Shown: positions 51,257-62,840, counted from the whole stretch's first letter. The stretch: DNA of 63,536 bases, filler included, from Octopus bimaculoides (GCF_001194135.2; 5 parts of 5 records of this genome joined end to end with filler, not necessarily neighbours in it); one strand, 5' to 3'. Numbers and translations: made by a program. The notes: generated from the letters alone by a model not told the origin.

Positions 51257-51539
51257 TTATGTTTGACTTTTGTTTTGCATGTGTACAAGATGGATCCAAG
51301 TCTCACCCAGAGACCTCAAGAGACAACAAGTTAGAAGTTCATGTAGGTGTTATGCCTAGGGTACCATATATTTGGATTTGTACAGTTTTGTTCAAGTGAA
51401 TGTTTAAGAAACCATAAGAAAATTATGTGTTTGCTTTAANNNNNNNNNNNNNNNNNNNNNNNNNNNNNNNNNNNNNNNNNNNNTTAATTAATTAANNNNN
51501 NNNNNNNNNNNNNNNNNNNNNNNNNNNNNNNNNNNNNNN

Positions 51540-51590
<51 letters not shown>

Positions 51591-52389
51591 ATATTTATGC
51601 GTATACATACATATGTGTGTGCGTGTAAATGCATATGTATATTATATAATACCTTACACATACGCACACATACACATACACACCAGCATACACCTTTCAT
51701 ATTTAATTTCAAAATTTCATTTTCGTCATTTGTCTGCTCAGACTTCCGGCAGCCGCTAAGTATTACTGATATCAGTGAAAGTAATTATCAACGATTAGAC
51801 AAACGCACGCACATAGACAGGCAGACACACCGACACACACACACCGACTTGCCAATGAGCGGACCATTTCTTCTGTCTTTCTATCTATGTTCAAATCGAC
51901 ATTGCCTGTACAGGTGTATGGCGTTCCACGCTAACAATAAAATGAAGACCCTTGTTCAAGAAAAAGAATACAGCGCATTGCGTAGTCTGGGAATCATGCC
52001 AACAATTCCGCCAGCTCACTGCCTTGCTCTTGGTATTATACTAACCAGCTAATGTAACACAATGTATCATATTATAGGATATGATTAAAAATTTATCTAT
52101 CATATTAGATATATAATTTGTGTAAATACAAAATATTTTTACTACTTATAAAGATGGAGAAGAATGAACCGTTTCCTGCATTTAGATTGAAAGCTAGCTC
52201 GTAGATAGCATAATGCTAGTTTGCAACTTAATATCGATAAATAAAAATAAAGTGTGTTTAATATTTAAAGAATATATTAATAACGTCGAATAAATTGTGG
52301 AAACAAACAAATCCGTTTGTGTTACTTGCAATGATGTATGATGTATAACAATCTACAATTCTCTTATTATTTATCTTATTATTATTGGA

Positions 52390-52775
52390 ACTGCGGCCTG
52401 GGACACTGTCTTAAAGTGTTTAAGTCAAGCAAATCGATCCGAGTATTTATTCATTTATTTATTTTAAAATCTGGTACTTGTTCTATCGGTGACTTTTGCC
52501 AAATAGCTAATTTACAGAGACGTAAACAAACCAACACTAGCTGTCAAGCGGTAGGAGGACAAACTGAAATACAAAGACACATACACTTACACACATACGT
52601 ATATCTTACGTAGGATGGGATTCCACACAGTTTCGGTGTACCGAATTCACTCACAAGGCATTGGTCGGCCTGAAGTTATAGCAGAAGACACTTTGCCAAG
52701 GTGTCGTGCAATGGGACTGCAACCAAAACCACGTGGTTGCGAAGTGAACATCTTGACCACAGAGCTATTCCTGTA
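52390..52775 (-). mobile_element. SINE family A, near full length
   Basis: Reverse complement has head, CORE-like block, CA spacer and tail. Confidence 0.85.
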
Positions 52776-52789
52776 GTAGAAAAGAAAGC

Positions 52790-53750
52790 AAACATACCAT
52801 ATTAGCTTCAAATTTTGGTACAAAGCCAAAAAGTTCGGGGAGAGGGTAAGTCGATTACATCGACCCCAGTATTTCACTGGTACCTATTTTATCGAAATTC
52901 GAAAACATGAAAGGCAGAGTCGACCTCGGCAGAATTTGAACTCAGAACATGAAGACGGACGAAACGCCTGTAACCATTATTCCCGACGTGTTAACAATTC
53001 TGCCAGTTCGCTGCCATAAAGAAGCTCATCTTGATGGCTTCAAGTTTTGGCACAAGGCCAGCAACTTTGAGGAAGTGGGTCAGTTGATTACATCGACCCC
53101 AGTGCTCAACTGGACTTATTTCAACGACCCCGAGAAGGTAAGTTGGCATCGGCGGAATTTGAACACAGAACATAAAAATGGACGAAATGCCGCAAAGCAT
53201 TTCGCCCAGCGTGCTAACGAGTCTGCCAACTCACCGCCATTAAGGAGCATACCCTACAAGACTAGCAATTTCGAGGTTAGCAATTTCGACCACAGAGCTC
53301 AATTTCAACCCCAGAGCTCAATTGGTACTTATTTCAATGACCCCCAGAGCTCAGTTTCAACTCCAGAGCTCAATTTCGACCCCAGAGCTCAATTTTGACA
53401 CCAGAGCTCAAATGGTACTTATTTCAACAACCCCCAAGAAGACAAGTCGACCTCGGCGGAATTTGAACTCAGAAAAGTAAAAACAGACGAAATGCGGCTA
53501 AGCAGTTCGTTCGGCGTGCTAAAGATTCTGCCAGCTCGCTGCCATAAGGAAGCATACCATATTGGTTTCCGATATTGGCACAAGGCCAACAATTTCGATG
53601 GAGTGGATAAGTCGATTATTGCTCAATTTCAACGACCCAAAGAGGATAAGTCGACATCGGAACAATTTGAACTCAGAACGTAAAGATGGAGGAAATGCTG
53701 CTAAATATTTTTCCCAGCATGCTAACGATTCTGTCAGCTTGCCGCCTTAA
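52790..53750 (-). mobile_element. tandem cluster of four SINE B copies
   Basis: Repeated gtcgacctcggcggaatttgaactcagaacg blocks. Confidence 0.88.
53275..53420. repeat. ~19-bp minisatellite (atttcgaccccagagctca) inside a SINE B copy
   Basis: Six cagagctca units. Confidence 0.9.
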
Positions 53751-54404
53751 AGTAAACATATCATACGAGAAGGTATCATTACACTTCGAATTATTAGTGT
53801 TAAAGTATGTCGAGTTTACTGGATAGATAAAAACATAATTAGGGTCAGCTCTGTCAAGAATGATAAAGACGATGTTTTTCGAATTAAATACTCTTATAAT
53901 TTAACTACGACTGAATTAAAATCGATAAATTATTAATAAGTAATTAAAATGAATCTTCTAAGGAGTCTAAACAAGTGAGTCAAATAGAAAGCAATTATTT
54001 ATGAGATTTACTGGTAGAAGAAATGTGATTCAGTTCCTACAGTAATTGCGCTTAGATTAAATGCAAATCTTTCGCATTGACTTAGTCATAACTTGGAAGA
54101 TCATTATTATATAAATATGAAATATTGTCAGATCTGTTTCTCTATAGATTTGAAGAAGACAAAGACATGGATGCACTCAATTCCTTTCATAATTAGTTCA
54201 GCAGTTAACAATCTCTATTCTCATCATTGTGTTGGGCAACACAAAAAAAAAACAAAATCTAAAATGAGGAGAGAAATTCGAGGTATTACTTTGGTCCAAC
54301 GGTAGATTGTCTGTCATGTTTACGAAGATCGGATCTTGACTCCCACGGGCAGCCATCGACTTATTCTATCTAAAAGTTATTTTTAACTCAATATTTGTAC
54401 GCTT

Positions 54405-54651
54405 TAAGGCGGCGAGCTGGCAGAAACGTTAGCACGCCGGGCAAAATGCTTAGCAGTATTTTGTCTGCCATTACGTTCTGAGTTCAAATTCCGCCGAAGT
54501 AGACTTTGCTTTTCATCATTTCGGGGTCGATAAATTAAGCACCAGTTACGCACTTGGGTCGATTTAATCGACTTAATCCGTTTGTCTGTCCTTGTTTGTC
54601 CCCTCGGTGTGTAGCCCCTTGTGGGCAATAAAGAAATAAGAAACGTTAGCA
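54405..54651 (+). mobile_element. SINE family B with Tx1-like tail, followed by a second head
   Basis: Tail ends aataaagaaata at 54638, then agaaacgttagca. Confidence 0.9.
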
Positions 54652-54893
54652 NNNNNNNNNNNNNNNNNNNNNNNNNNNNNNNNNNNNNNNNNNNNNNNNN
54701 NNNNNNNNNNNNNNNNNNNNNNNNNNNNNNNNNNNNNNNNNNNNNNNNNNNNNNNNNNNNNNNNNNNNNNNNNNNNNNNNNNNNNNNNNNNNNNNNNNNN
54801 NNNNNNNNNNNNNNNNNNNNNNNNNNNNNNNNNNNNNNNNNNNNNNNNNNNNNNNNNNNNNNNNNNNNNNNNNNNNNNNNNNNNNNNNNNNNN

Positions 54894-55050
54894 AAAACAA
54901 AAGACGAGTGTGTAAACAACAAACAGATGTATTAGTTTAACGCTCGGGAAGTGAGAAAGTCTTTTCCGTTTCGAGCCTACGCTCTTCGACAGAAAGGAAT
55001 ACAGAAATAAACAGGGAGAAAAAATAGAAAAAGGTATAGTGGCTAGCGAT
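54894..55050 (-). mobile_element. PLE terminal-repeat fragment with hammerhead variant at 54961-54996
   Basis: cttt-CTGTCGA-a-gagc-gtag-gctc-GAAA-cgga-aaag on minus (U16.1 mutated). Confidence 0.65.
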
Positions 55051-55064
55051 CTAACATGGCGAAT

Positions 55065-55430
55065 ATCAGTCTGCAGCCTCCCACCTCATAGCTATTCACT
55101 GCATGCGCTGGTACAGACTTGTCCCCCGCCTCCCGTCAGATCATCCTACCAGGGCGCTACTCTCATTCGTCGCAGCAGCTGCAGAGTGGAAGAGGGCTCC
55201 GTGGCATAACCAGGTGGCACCAGGTGGCCGGACGTGATTAAGCAATGTCTCCACAAGCTCGAAGTCATCTTGAAGGATGCAGCTTGGAGGATGTCGGGAA
55301 GCTGGTACGGATGCGCCAGCGATGGAAAGCACTGGTAGACCTGGTTGCCTCTACGTACGATGAAGCTTTTTGGGACCACCAGCCTGGGATGACCTCAGTC
55401 CCATCAAACAGCGGCATGAATCAAGCAAGC
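55065..55430 (+). mobile_element. 3' end of an RTE-group LINE
   Basis: Decayed DHPTRALL..WKRAR..RWPDVIKQ..RQRWKALV; ends atcaagcaagc. Confidence 0.6.
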
Positions 55431-55760
55431 GTGTGTATGAGTGTCTAAAAATCTGTCTCCATTTTGAGAGTGTGTTTGCTTATTTTCGTATAAATTTACT
55501 AAATTTATCATTTGACAATCTGCACAATATATATTGAATTTAGAGTAGAGTTATGATCGATGTTATGTATTTCAATGCAATTTTCTTTTAAATAAAGAAG
55601 ACTCATTTCAAATTGTATATAGCTAACATAGTCAGAATACCATAATTCACTTTGGAACTGAAATAACTATTTAAAGATTCATAGAGCAAAAATGAATTAT
55701 TTCTTCCGTACACAAGTGTAGATAATTACGTATATACTTATAAATATACTCATGCATACG

Positions 55761-55800
<40 letters not shown>

Positions 55801-55972
55801 TATACATATACACACATATATGTGTATGTAAGTACATATATAGATAGATAGATAGATAGACATAATAAGCTTCTAAATACTCATACGTATACACACACAC
55901 GCACACGTCATATACATTTATGCTTACGTATATGCAAGCATAAACAGATATATGTATGCATATACGTATGTG

Positions 55973-56035
<63 letters not shown>

Positions 56036-56491
56036 NNNNNNNNNNNNNNNNNNNNNNNNNNNNNNNNNNNNNNNNNNNNTTAATTAATTAANNNNNNNNN
56101 NNNNNNNNNNNNNNNNNNNNNNNNNNNNNNNNNNNCACACACGCGACCTCCTTCTCTCACTATAAGCGCGTATTTGTGTGTGTTTATGTGTGTGTATGTG
56201 TGTAAGAGAGAGAGAGAGTTCCATCGAATTCCTGTGGGGTGATACAGAATGCACTTACCAAAAATATTCAATCATCACCCACGCCAAGACAGACACACAC
56301 ATACACACATACACATTCAGGCTTTTCCCCTCTCTCTCTCTCACACACACGCACACGTCCACACACACACGCACATATTGCGAGCGCACGCTCTTGCTCA
56401 CACACACGCACGCTCACACACACGCATGTGCAGACTAACACACACACCGACAGTCGTGCACACATACATTGCTATACGTACATATACACTC

Positions 56492-56550
<59 letters not shown>

Positions 56551-56692
56551 NNNNNNNNNNNNNNNNNNNNNNNNNNNNNNNNNNNNNNNNNNNNNNNNNN
56601 NNNNNNNNNNNNNNNNNNNNNNNNNNNNNNNNNNNNNNNNNNNNNNNNNNNNNNNNNNNNNNNNNNNNNNNNNNNNNNNNNNNNNCACGCAG

Positions 56693-56731
<39 letters not shown>

Positions 56732-56899
56732 CAGAAAAGGCCCAGACGAAACAGGTACACACGCATTCCTATGCGCCATGACATGATAATCAAATATGTA
56801 AACACAAACGGCGAACAAGCAATAAAGCGAACGACGTCCAAGTGTGCATGTGGCTGGTCTAAATGCTAGAAACAGCAGCTAAACAGGCAGCAGACGTGT

Positions 56900-57110
56900 A
56901 TCTTTTATGTTTCACATGTTTCAGTCATTATACTGCGGCCATGCTGGGGCACCACCTAGAGGAATTTTAGCCGAACAAGTTGACCTCGGCACTTACCTTC
57001 TTTTTTAAATGCCGAACCGCTAAGCTACAGGGATGTAAATGCACCAACACAGGTTGTAAAACAGTAATGGGGGAAAAACACGGGCACAAAACAGACATAC
57101 ACGCATATAT
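56900..57110 (-). mobile_element. SINE family A, 3' part
   Basis: ctgcggccatgctggggcaccacct is the reverse complement of the family A tail. Confidence 0.75.
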
Positions 57111-57209
57111 GTGTGTGTGTGTGTATACATATATATATATGTATATAGATAGATAGATAGATATCCACATATTTACAGATATATTTATCCATATATATAT
57201 ATATATATA

Positions 57210-57379
57210 TAGTGAGTTCAAACAAGAAAAGCGACAACAAAACAACAGAAAAAAACAACAACACGAGGACGTGAAACAGATATTGTGTTACTGGACGCTC
57301 AGGAAAGGAAAGAAAGAGAATTTGACGTTTCGAGCGAAGCTCTTCGTCGGAAATATAGGAAAGTCCAAAGAAGGGAAGA
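57210..57379 (-). mobile_element. PLE terminal-repeat fragment with hammerhead variant at 57320-57354
   Basis: attt-CCGACGA-a-gagc-ttc-gctc-GAAA-cgtc-aaat on minus; all stems intact. Confidence 0.72.
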
Positions 57380-57685
57380 NNNNNNNNNNNNNNNNNNNNN
57401 NNNNNNNNNNNNNNNNNNNNNNNNNNNNNNNNNNNNNNNNNNNNNNNNNNNNNNNNNNNNNNNNNNNNNNNNNNNNNNNNNNNNNNNNNNNNNNNNNNNN
57501 NNNNNNNNNNNNNNNNNNNNNNNNNNNNNNNNNNNNNNNNNNNNNNNNNNNNNNNNNNNNNNNNNNNNNNNNNNNAAAACACGGGCACAAAACAGACATA
57601 CACGCATATATGTGTGTGTGTGTGTATACATATATATATATGTATATAGATAGATAGATATCCACATATTTACAGATACATATTT

Positions 57686-57901
57686 ACACTCTGGTCAGAT
57701 GAAAGACATTCCCTCTTGTTCGATGTTTTATGTAAGTGCCCTCCTCAGAGTTTTGAAAAGCATATGACAACACAACAGCAAAATATATTGCAAAGAGGGC
57801 GGGTGCATCAAGGTCTTCTTGCTTTACTCCATTTTCCATGGTTAAAGATTCAGGGAGCCTGCCACTAAAGTTAACTCTAGCTTTCATGTCACAAATGAAA
57901 C
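57686..57901 (-). mobile_element. RTE RT fragment, inverted relative to the adjacent 3' end
   Basis: DMKARVNFSGRLPESLTMENGVKQEDLDAPALFAIYFAVVLSYAF..RTRGNVFHL (BovB-like RT). Confidence 0.85.
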
Positions 57902-58260
57902 CTAAGGAAGAATGTAACGATCGAGAAGGCGAATGACAATGACCTTTCTGTGTGCACAGTCTGTGACAGACCATGCCTGTCTTTTGCTGGGCTCAAATCT
58001 CATCTGCGAACCCATGGAAAACAAGCCTCCACCAACTATTCTGCCTATATGTCTGTGCACACCTTCGAATGCAATGTATGCCAGAAGGTCTGCAAATCCA
58101 ACGGAGGCCTCAAAAGACATTTTAAGATCCACAAAGATCAGAACTTATCTGCAGCTCTTGGTGGTCCAAATCGGAGGTGCAATCTATGTGGGTGTCTTTT
58201 TTAAAATATAATATCTGTGAATCGCGATTTTCGGACATCTCTCGTTGTGAGATTTAGAAA
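57902..58260 (+). mobile_element. probable RTE 3' end encoding tandem C2H2 fingers
   Basis: CTVCDRPCLSFAGLKSHLRTH, CNVCQKVCKSNGGLKRHFKIH, partial CNLC; no TGEKP linkers. Confidence 0.6.
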
Positions 58261-59421
58261 TAGTAATTTTTTAAGGAAGAACGTTTTAGTAAAGACATAT
58301 TTCAACATGCGATTGGTGCATCACTAACTGTGGTATTACAGCATGCAAAAGACCATCCATGGAATTAAAGCGACCTCCACCACTATTCTACTGTTGCTAA
58401 ATGGTCGCTGTTCTTTCTGTGGATTCCCCTGGCCCTTTGACAGATATTGCTTTTATACAGTTTGTTGTGTTATAATAACACTCTTTAGAACATCAGCCTA
58501 ATGACGACTGTACATTCTGAGGATCCCAATCGTATCATAATGTATTCCTTATTGTCCTTTGTATACCCCGATAATTTTCTATATAAGGTATTTAAAATGT
58601 AAAATTTATATGTTTTGTAATTTTAATTTTGTTTGTGGAATGAAACAATTGTAGGGCAATATTTTTGATTAATTAATAAATTAATTTGTATCTTTTCGGT
58701 CTCTCTCTTTCCTAATCCGATAACAATGTTTGATATATATATATATCTTGTTTTAAGTTCTAATGGGTGCCCTCACACCCACACCCTCCTCCAAGATCCA
58801 GCAAGCTGAACTGAGAGGGGAGCGGGATTAGTCGCCGACGACCCGGCCATGACTAAGAGAAGCATGAGTACATTGGTTACCCGTTGTCTCCAAGAAGAGA
58901 CCTCAACACCACGTTCAAACAAGGGCACAGGTGTGCTGTCCTTGTCCCTCACCACACCTAACTAAGACCCCCAGCGGTGGATCAAGCGAAGGAAGTTAGA
59001 TCACTGAACTGAAACATTGATCCTAGCGGAAGAGGGAGATGCCAGGCGGATTCTTTAGAAAAGCACAATTCTAATGACATTGGAGTTAGTGGCTTTCCAT
59101 TGCAACCCTTCTTCTGGACTTCGCATGTCTCTTCAAGTAGTGCTATGGCAGAAGGATTTTGGGCCATAGTGTGTGGGAACTCCCTTAGCAAAGAAATTTG
59201 TACCCTAAACAAGCTCACGCCATTGGCTGGTTTCTTTTTGATCCAACTCACACACTTTTTTGTTTATACAAAAGCCCAACGGCAATGTGCAAGGATGGTG
59301 GGAGTAAGCTTTGGGGAAACTAGAAGCTCCTAGTCTGAACCTGCACCTTGGTGGGAAACGCAAGATGGTCGCCTTCGTGACAAATCAAGGGACTCGGTCC
59401 TACATTCGCAACTGGACAGGC

Positions 59422-59539
<118 letters not shown>

Positions 59540-59962
59540 GCGTGTGTGTGTCTGTGTGTGTACATGGCGAGATAGAAGGATACATGCAAACATATACGTA
59601 CATACTTATAAACACATACATACATACATGGATACACAACATATACACATACGCACACACACACATACATACGCACACACTAACACACATGCACACATAT
59701 ATATATATAAGTGTATGTGCATATTGAAGGCAGACTGAATACAATTACTACCCCGTTTTCTCCCCTTTTATTCTCACACCTCCTCCTTCTCACCTCCTCT
59801 TCCTACCCACAAACCCTATTACATTCTAAACTAAACGTTATCTCACAGGTTGACCGGCTGACAGGTGGGTCAGTAGGTTTCCTGCATGCTTTTTTGATTT
59901 ATTCACTGACTTCCTATCAATTACTTTACACCTTGATCAGATTATTATTATTATCATTATTA

Positions 59963-60535
59963 TTAGGGCGGCGAGCTGGCAGAAGCGTTAGCAAGCCGGG
60001 AGAAATGCTTGTTAGTATTTCGTCTGCCGCAACGTTCTGAGTTCAAATTCTGCCGAGGTTGACTTTGCCTTTCACCCTTCGGGGTCGATAAATTAAATAG
60101 CAGTGAAACACTGGGTAGTCGATGAAATCGACTGTCCCATCCCCCAAATGTCAGGCCTTGTGCCTATAGTAGAAAGGATTATTTGTTTAGACGAACTTTC
60201 CTACCTTATCGGACAAAACCTTTTGTAACCTTCGTCCTGTCTTTGTCCTTACATGTTTTTAATTGATATTAGCCCTTGTGGCCAATAAAACGAATTTATT
60301 ATTATTATTATTATTATTATTAAGTCGGCGAGCTGGCGGAAACGTTAGCAGACCAGGCAAAATGCTTAGCGTCATTTCACTTCTCTTCACATTCTGAGTT
60401 CAAATTACGTCGGGGTCAACTTTACCTTTTATCCTTTCGGGGGACGATAAATTAAGTAATAGTGCAACACTGGGGTCGATGAAATCAACTCGTCCCGCCC
60501 CTTAAATTTCAGGCCTTGCGCCTATAACAGAAATT
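59963..60535 (+). mobile_element. two SINE B copies with an intervening Tx1-like tail
   Basis: Heads at ~59963 and ~60320, each after (ATT)n. Confidence 0.88.
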
Positions 60536-60547
60536 ATTATTATCATT

Positions 60548-60715
60548 GTTCAGTAGTTTTATTTTTATAACGTGCTTTCACTTCACTACCGAGCGCAGCT
60601 CTGTGCGCCTTGGGTATGTGCTGTGGTTTGCTGTGATGCTCTTATGGTTACTGTATTTGCTGTGGTGCTCTTATGTTTACTGTATTACTGTGGTGCTCTT
60701 ATGTATTATTATTAT
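60548..60715 (-). mobile_element. R4/Dong 3' UTR fragment with internal ~26-bp triplication
   Basis: Near-identical to 22377-22485; flanked by (ATT)n. Confidence 0.85.
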
Positions 60716-60744
60716 TATTATTATTATGATTATTATTATTATTA

Positions 60745-60793
<49 letters not shown>

Positions 60794-60824
60794 CATTATT
60801 ATTATTATTATTATTATTGTTATT

Positions 60825-61349
60825 GAATGAGAGAGTGGTGCATACCATCAAAGTGACACTAGGATAAAATATACGAAGCCCAGCATACCCATCTGATAAG
60901 GGTACACCAGACACATGCATCACAACCATATGTGCACGACATGGTAATCTTATCGATGACTTTGCAAGTGGGACCCAGTTAGAATTTTCTTCAGGTCGAG
61001 TAGCCCATCCCGCTCAAAAGGACCCTGAATAATGTTTGCTTAAGGGCGTTGAACGAAACACCCATGTTTCCAAAGGTGAAGTATCCAAACCCCAAAGAAT
61101 TCCTCTCAACACATGGCTATGATGAAACCCACTACTTCTGCTCATGATCAGAGATGCACTTATCGTCAGCCACCAAGGGACATGCTCAACTAGTTACGGT
61201 CAAACAACTGACAAGCAAATCTGTTGTATTAAGCAGAATATTTGCTGTAGCCCATCTTTTATACCAAGACAAAACAATGTACATGCTTATACTTCCAATC
61301 AGTTAAGATCAGAAGCCATGAGAGCCACTGCCTGGTACTGCATCGGGGC

Positions 61350-61352
<3 letters not shown>
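60825..61352. mobile_element. repeat family C, ~530 bp, between (ATT)n runs
   Basis: Colinear with 50819-51223; no coding signal recognised. Confidence 0.85.
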
Positions 61353-61428
<76 letters not shown>

Positions 61429-61819
61429 ACTACCATGATTAGAAGTATGTTGATCAGATTAAGTAATCAAGGAGTTAATCTGTTTTAAGTTGGAATTAAG
61501 ACAATATAGAACAGGTTGATTTTCTGACCTATAGATATGCAATCTGTCTACGTTAATAGGTGTCACGCTCGTCTTTCTTGATTGATATTATTTAAAAGAC
61601 ATGGTCTAGAGAAAGAACATCCCCAGGATATGTGTGTCTGAGTGAATGTACGTGTGTGTGCATGTGTGTGTGTGAGGCCTGCTACTTTACAGTTTCTTCG
61701 ATGTGCAGCTGCTTCATCTGACGAGAAAAAAGCTGGTAAAATGACACATTACACTAACTTCCCGATGGCAGGAGCAGTGCATGAAAGAGAAGCTGCGTTC
61801 AGACAAAGATATTGATTTC

Positions 61820-62043
61820 GAATTTAGAATCTTGACACAAGGCCAGCAAGTTCAGGTGAGGGTGTAAGTTGATTACATTGACCCCCCGCCCCGTACACAT
61901 CTGGTACTCCCGAAATGATGACAAGCAAAGTCGGCGAAATTTGAACACGGAACGTAAAAACGGATGAAATGCGGTCACGCACATTGCCCGGGGTGCTAAC
62001 GATTCTGCCAGTTCGCCGCCTTACTACTACTACTACTACTACT

Positions 62044-62076
<33 letters not shown>

Positions 62077-62236
62077 CTGACCCCAGTGTGTCCCTAGTAC
62101 TTAATTTATCGACCCCGAAAAGATGACAGACAAATTCGACCTCGGCGGAATTTGAACACAGAACGTAACGGCAAACGAAATACCGCTAAGCATTTTTGCC
62201 CCGCGTGCTAACGATTCTACCAGCTCACCGCCTTCC

Positions 62237-62282
<46 letters not shown>

Positions 62283-62840
62283 TGTTCTAAATTTTGCCCC
62301 AATAGGCAGCAATTCTGGGGCAGGAGATGAAAGGCAAAGTTGACCTCGGCGTAATTTGAACTCCGAACCGAAAGACGAACAAAATATCGCCAAGCATTTT
62401 TTCCCGCGTGCCAACGTTTCTTATTTCTTTACTGCCCACAAGGGGCTACACGCAGAGGGGACAAATAAGGACAGACAAACGGATTAAGTCGATTATATTG
62501 ACCCCAGTGCATAACTGGTACTTATTTAATCGACCCCGAAAGGATGAAAGGCAAAGTCGACCTAAGCGGAATTTGAACTCAGAACGTAACGGCAGACGAA
62601 ATACTGCTAAGCATTTCGCCCGTTGTGGTAACATTTCTGCCAGCTCGCCGCCTTAAAATCACAAGGGCCAGTCGATTAGATTTATTTTCAGTACGCAACA
62701 GGTACTTAATTTATCGACCCCGAAAGGAAGAAAGGCAAAGCTGCCCTCGGCGGAATTTGAACTCAGAACGTAAGGACAGACGAAATGCTGCTAAGCATTT
62801 CGCCCAGCGTGCTAAAACTTCTGTCAAATCACCCGCTTAA
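61820..62840 (-). mobile_element. cluster of about five SINE B copies, one with the Tx1-like tail (62422-62486)
   Basis: Repeated central domain; heads end gccgccttaa-like at ~62022, 62238, 62656, 62840. Confidence 0.88.

Noticed and set aside
53275-53420. CRISPR-like array (also the 10-bp ATGGTACTGT repeats at ~23330-23390 and the 26-bp duplication at ~27856-27908)
   Set aside because: No unique spacers and no cas genes, in a eukaryotic context; ordinary tandem repeats.
22697-56091. Four isolated TTAATTAATTAA islands as a biological motif
   Set aside because: Each is identical and surrounded by Ns; this is an assembly/scaffolding linker.
57902-58204. Host Kruppel-type C2H2-ZNF gene
   Set aside because: No TGEKP linkers or splice context, and it is fused to an RTE RT fragment.
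61270-61352. HDV-like ribozyme at the family C end
   Set aside because: No consistent P1, P1.1 or J4/2 could be assembled.
61716-61740. CTGACGA core-like 7-mer (similar lone hits near 9190, 19833, 37566)
   Set aside because: No flanking stem II/GAAA arrangement; expected by chance.
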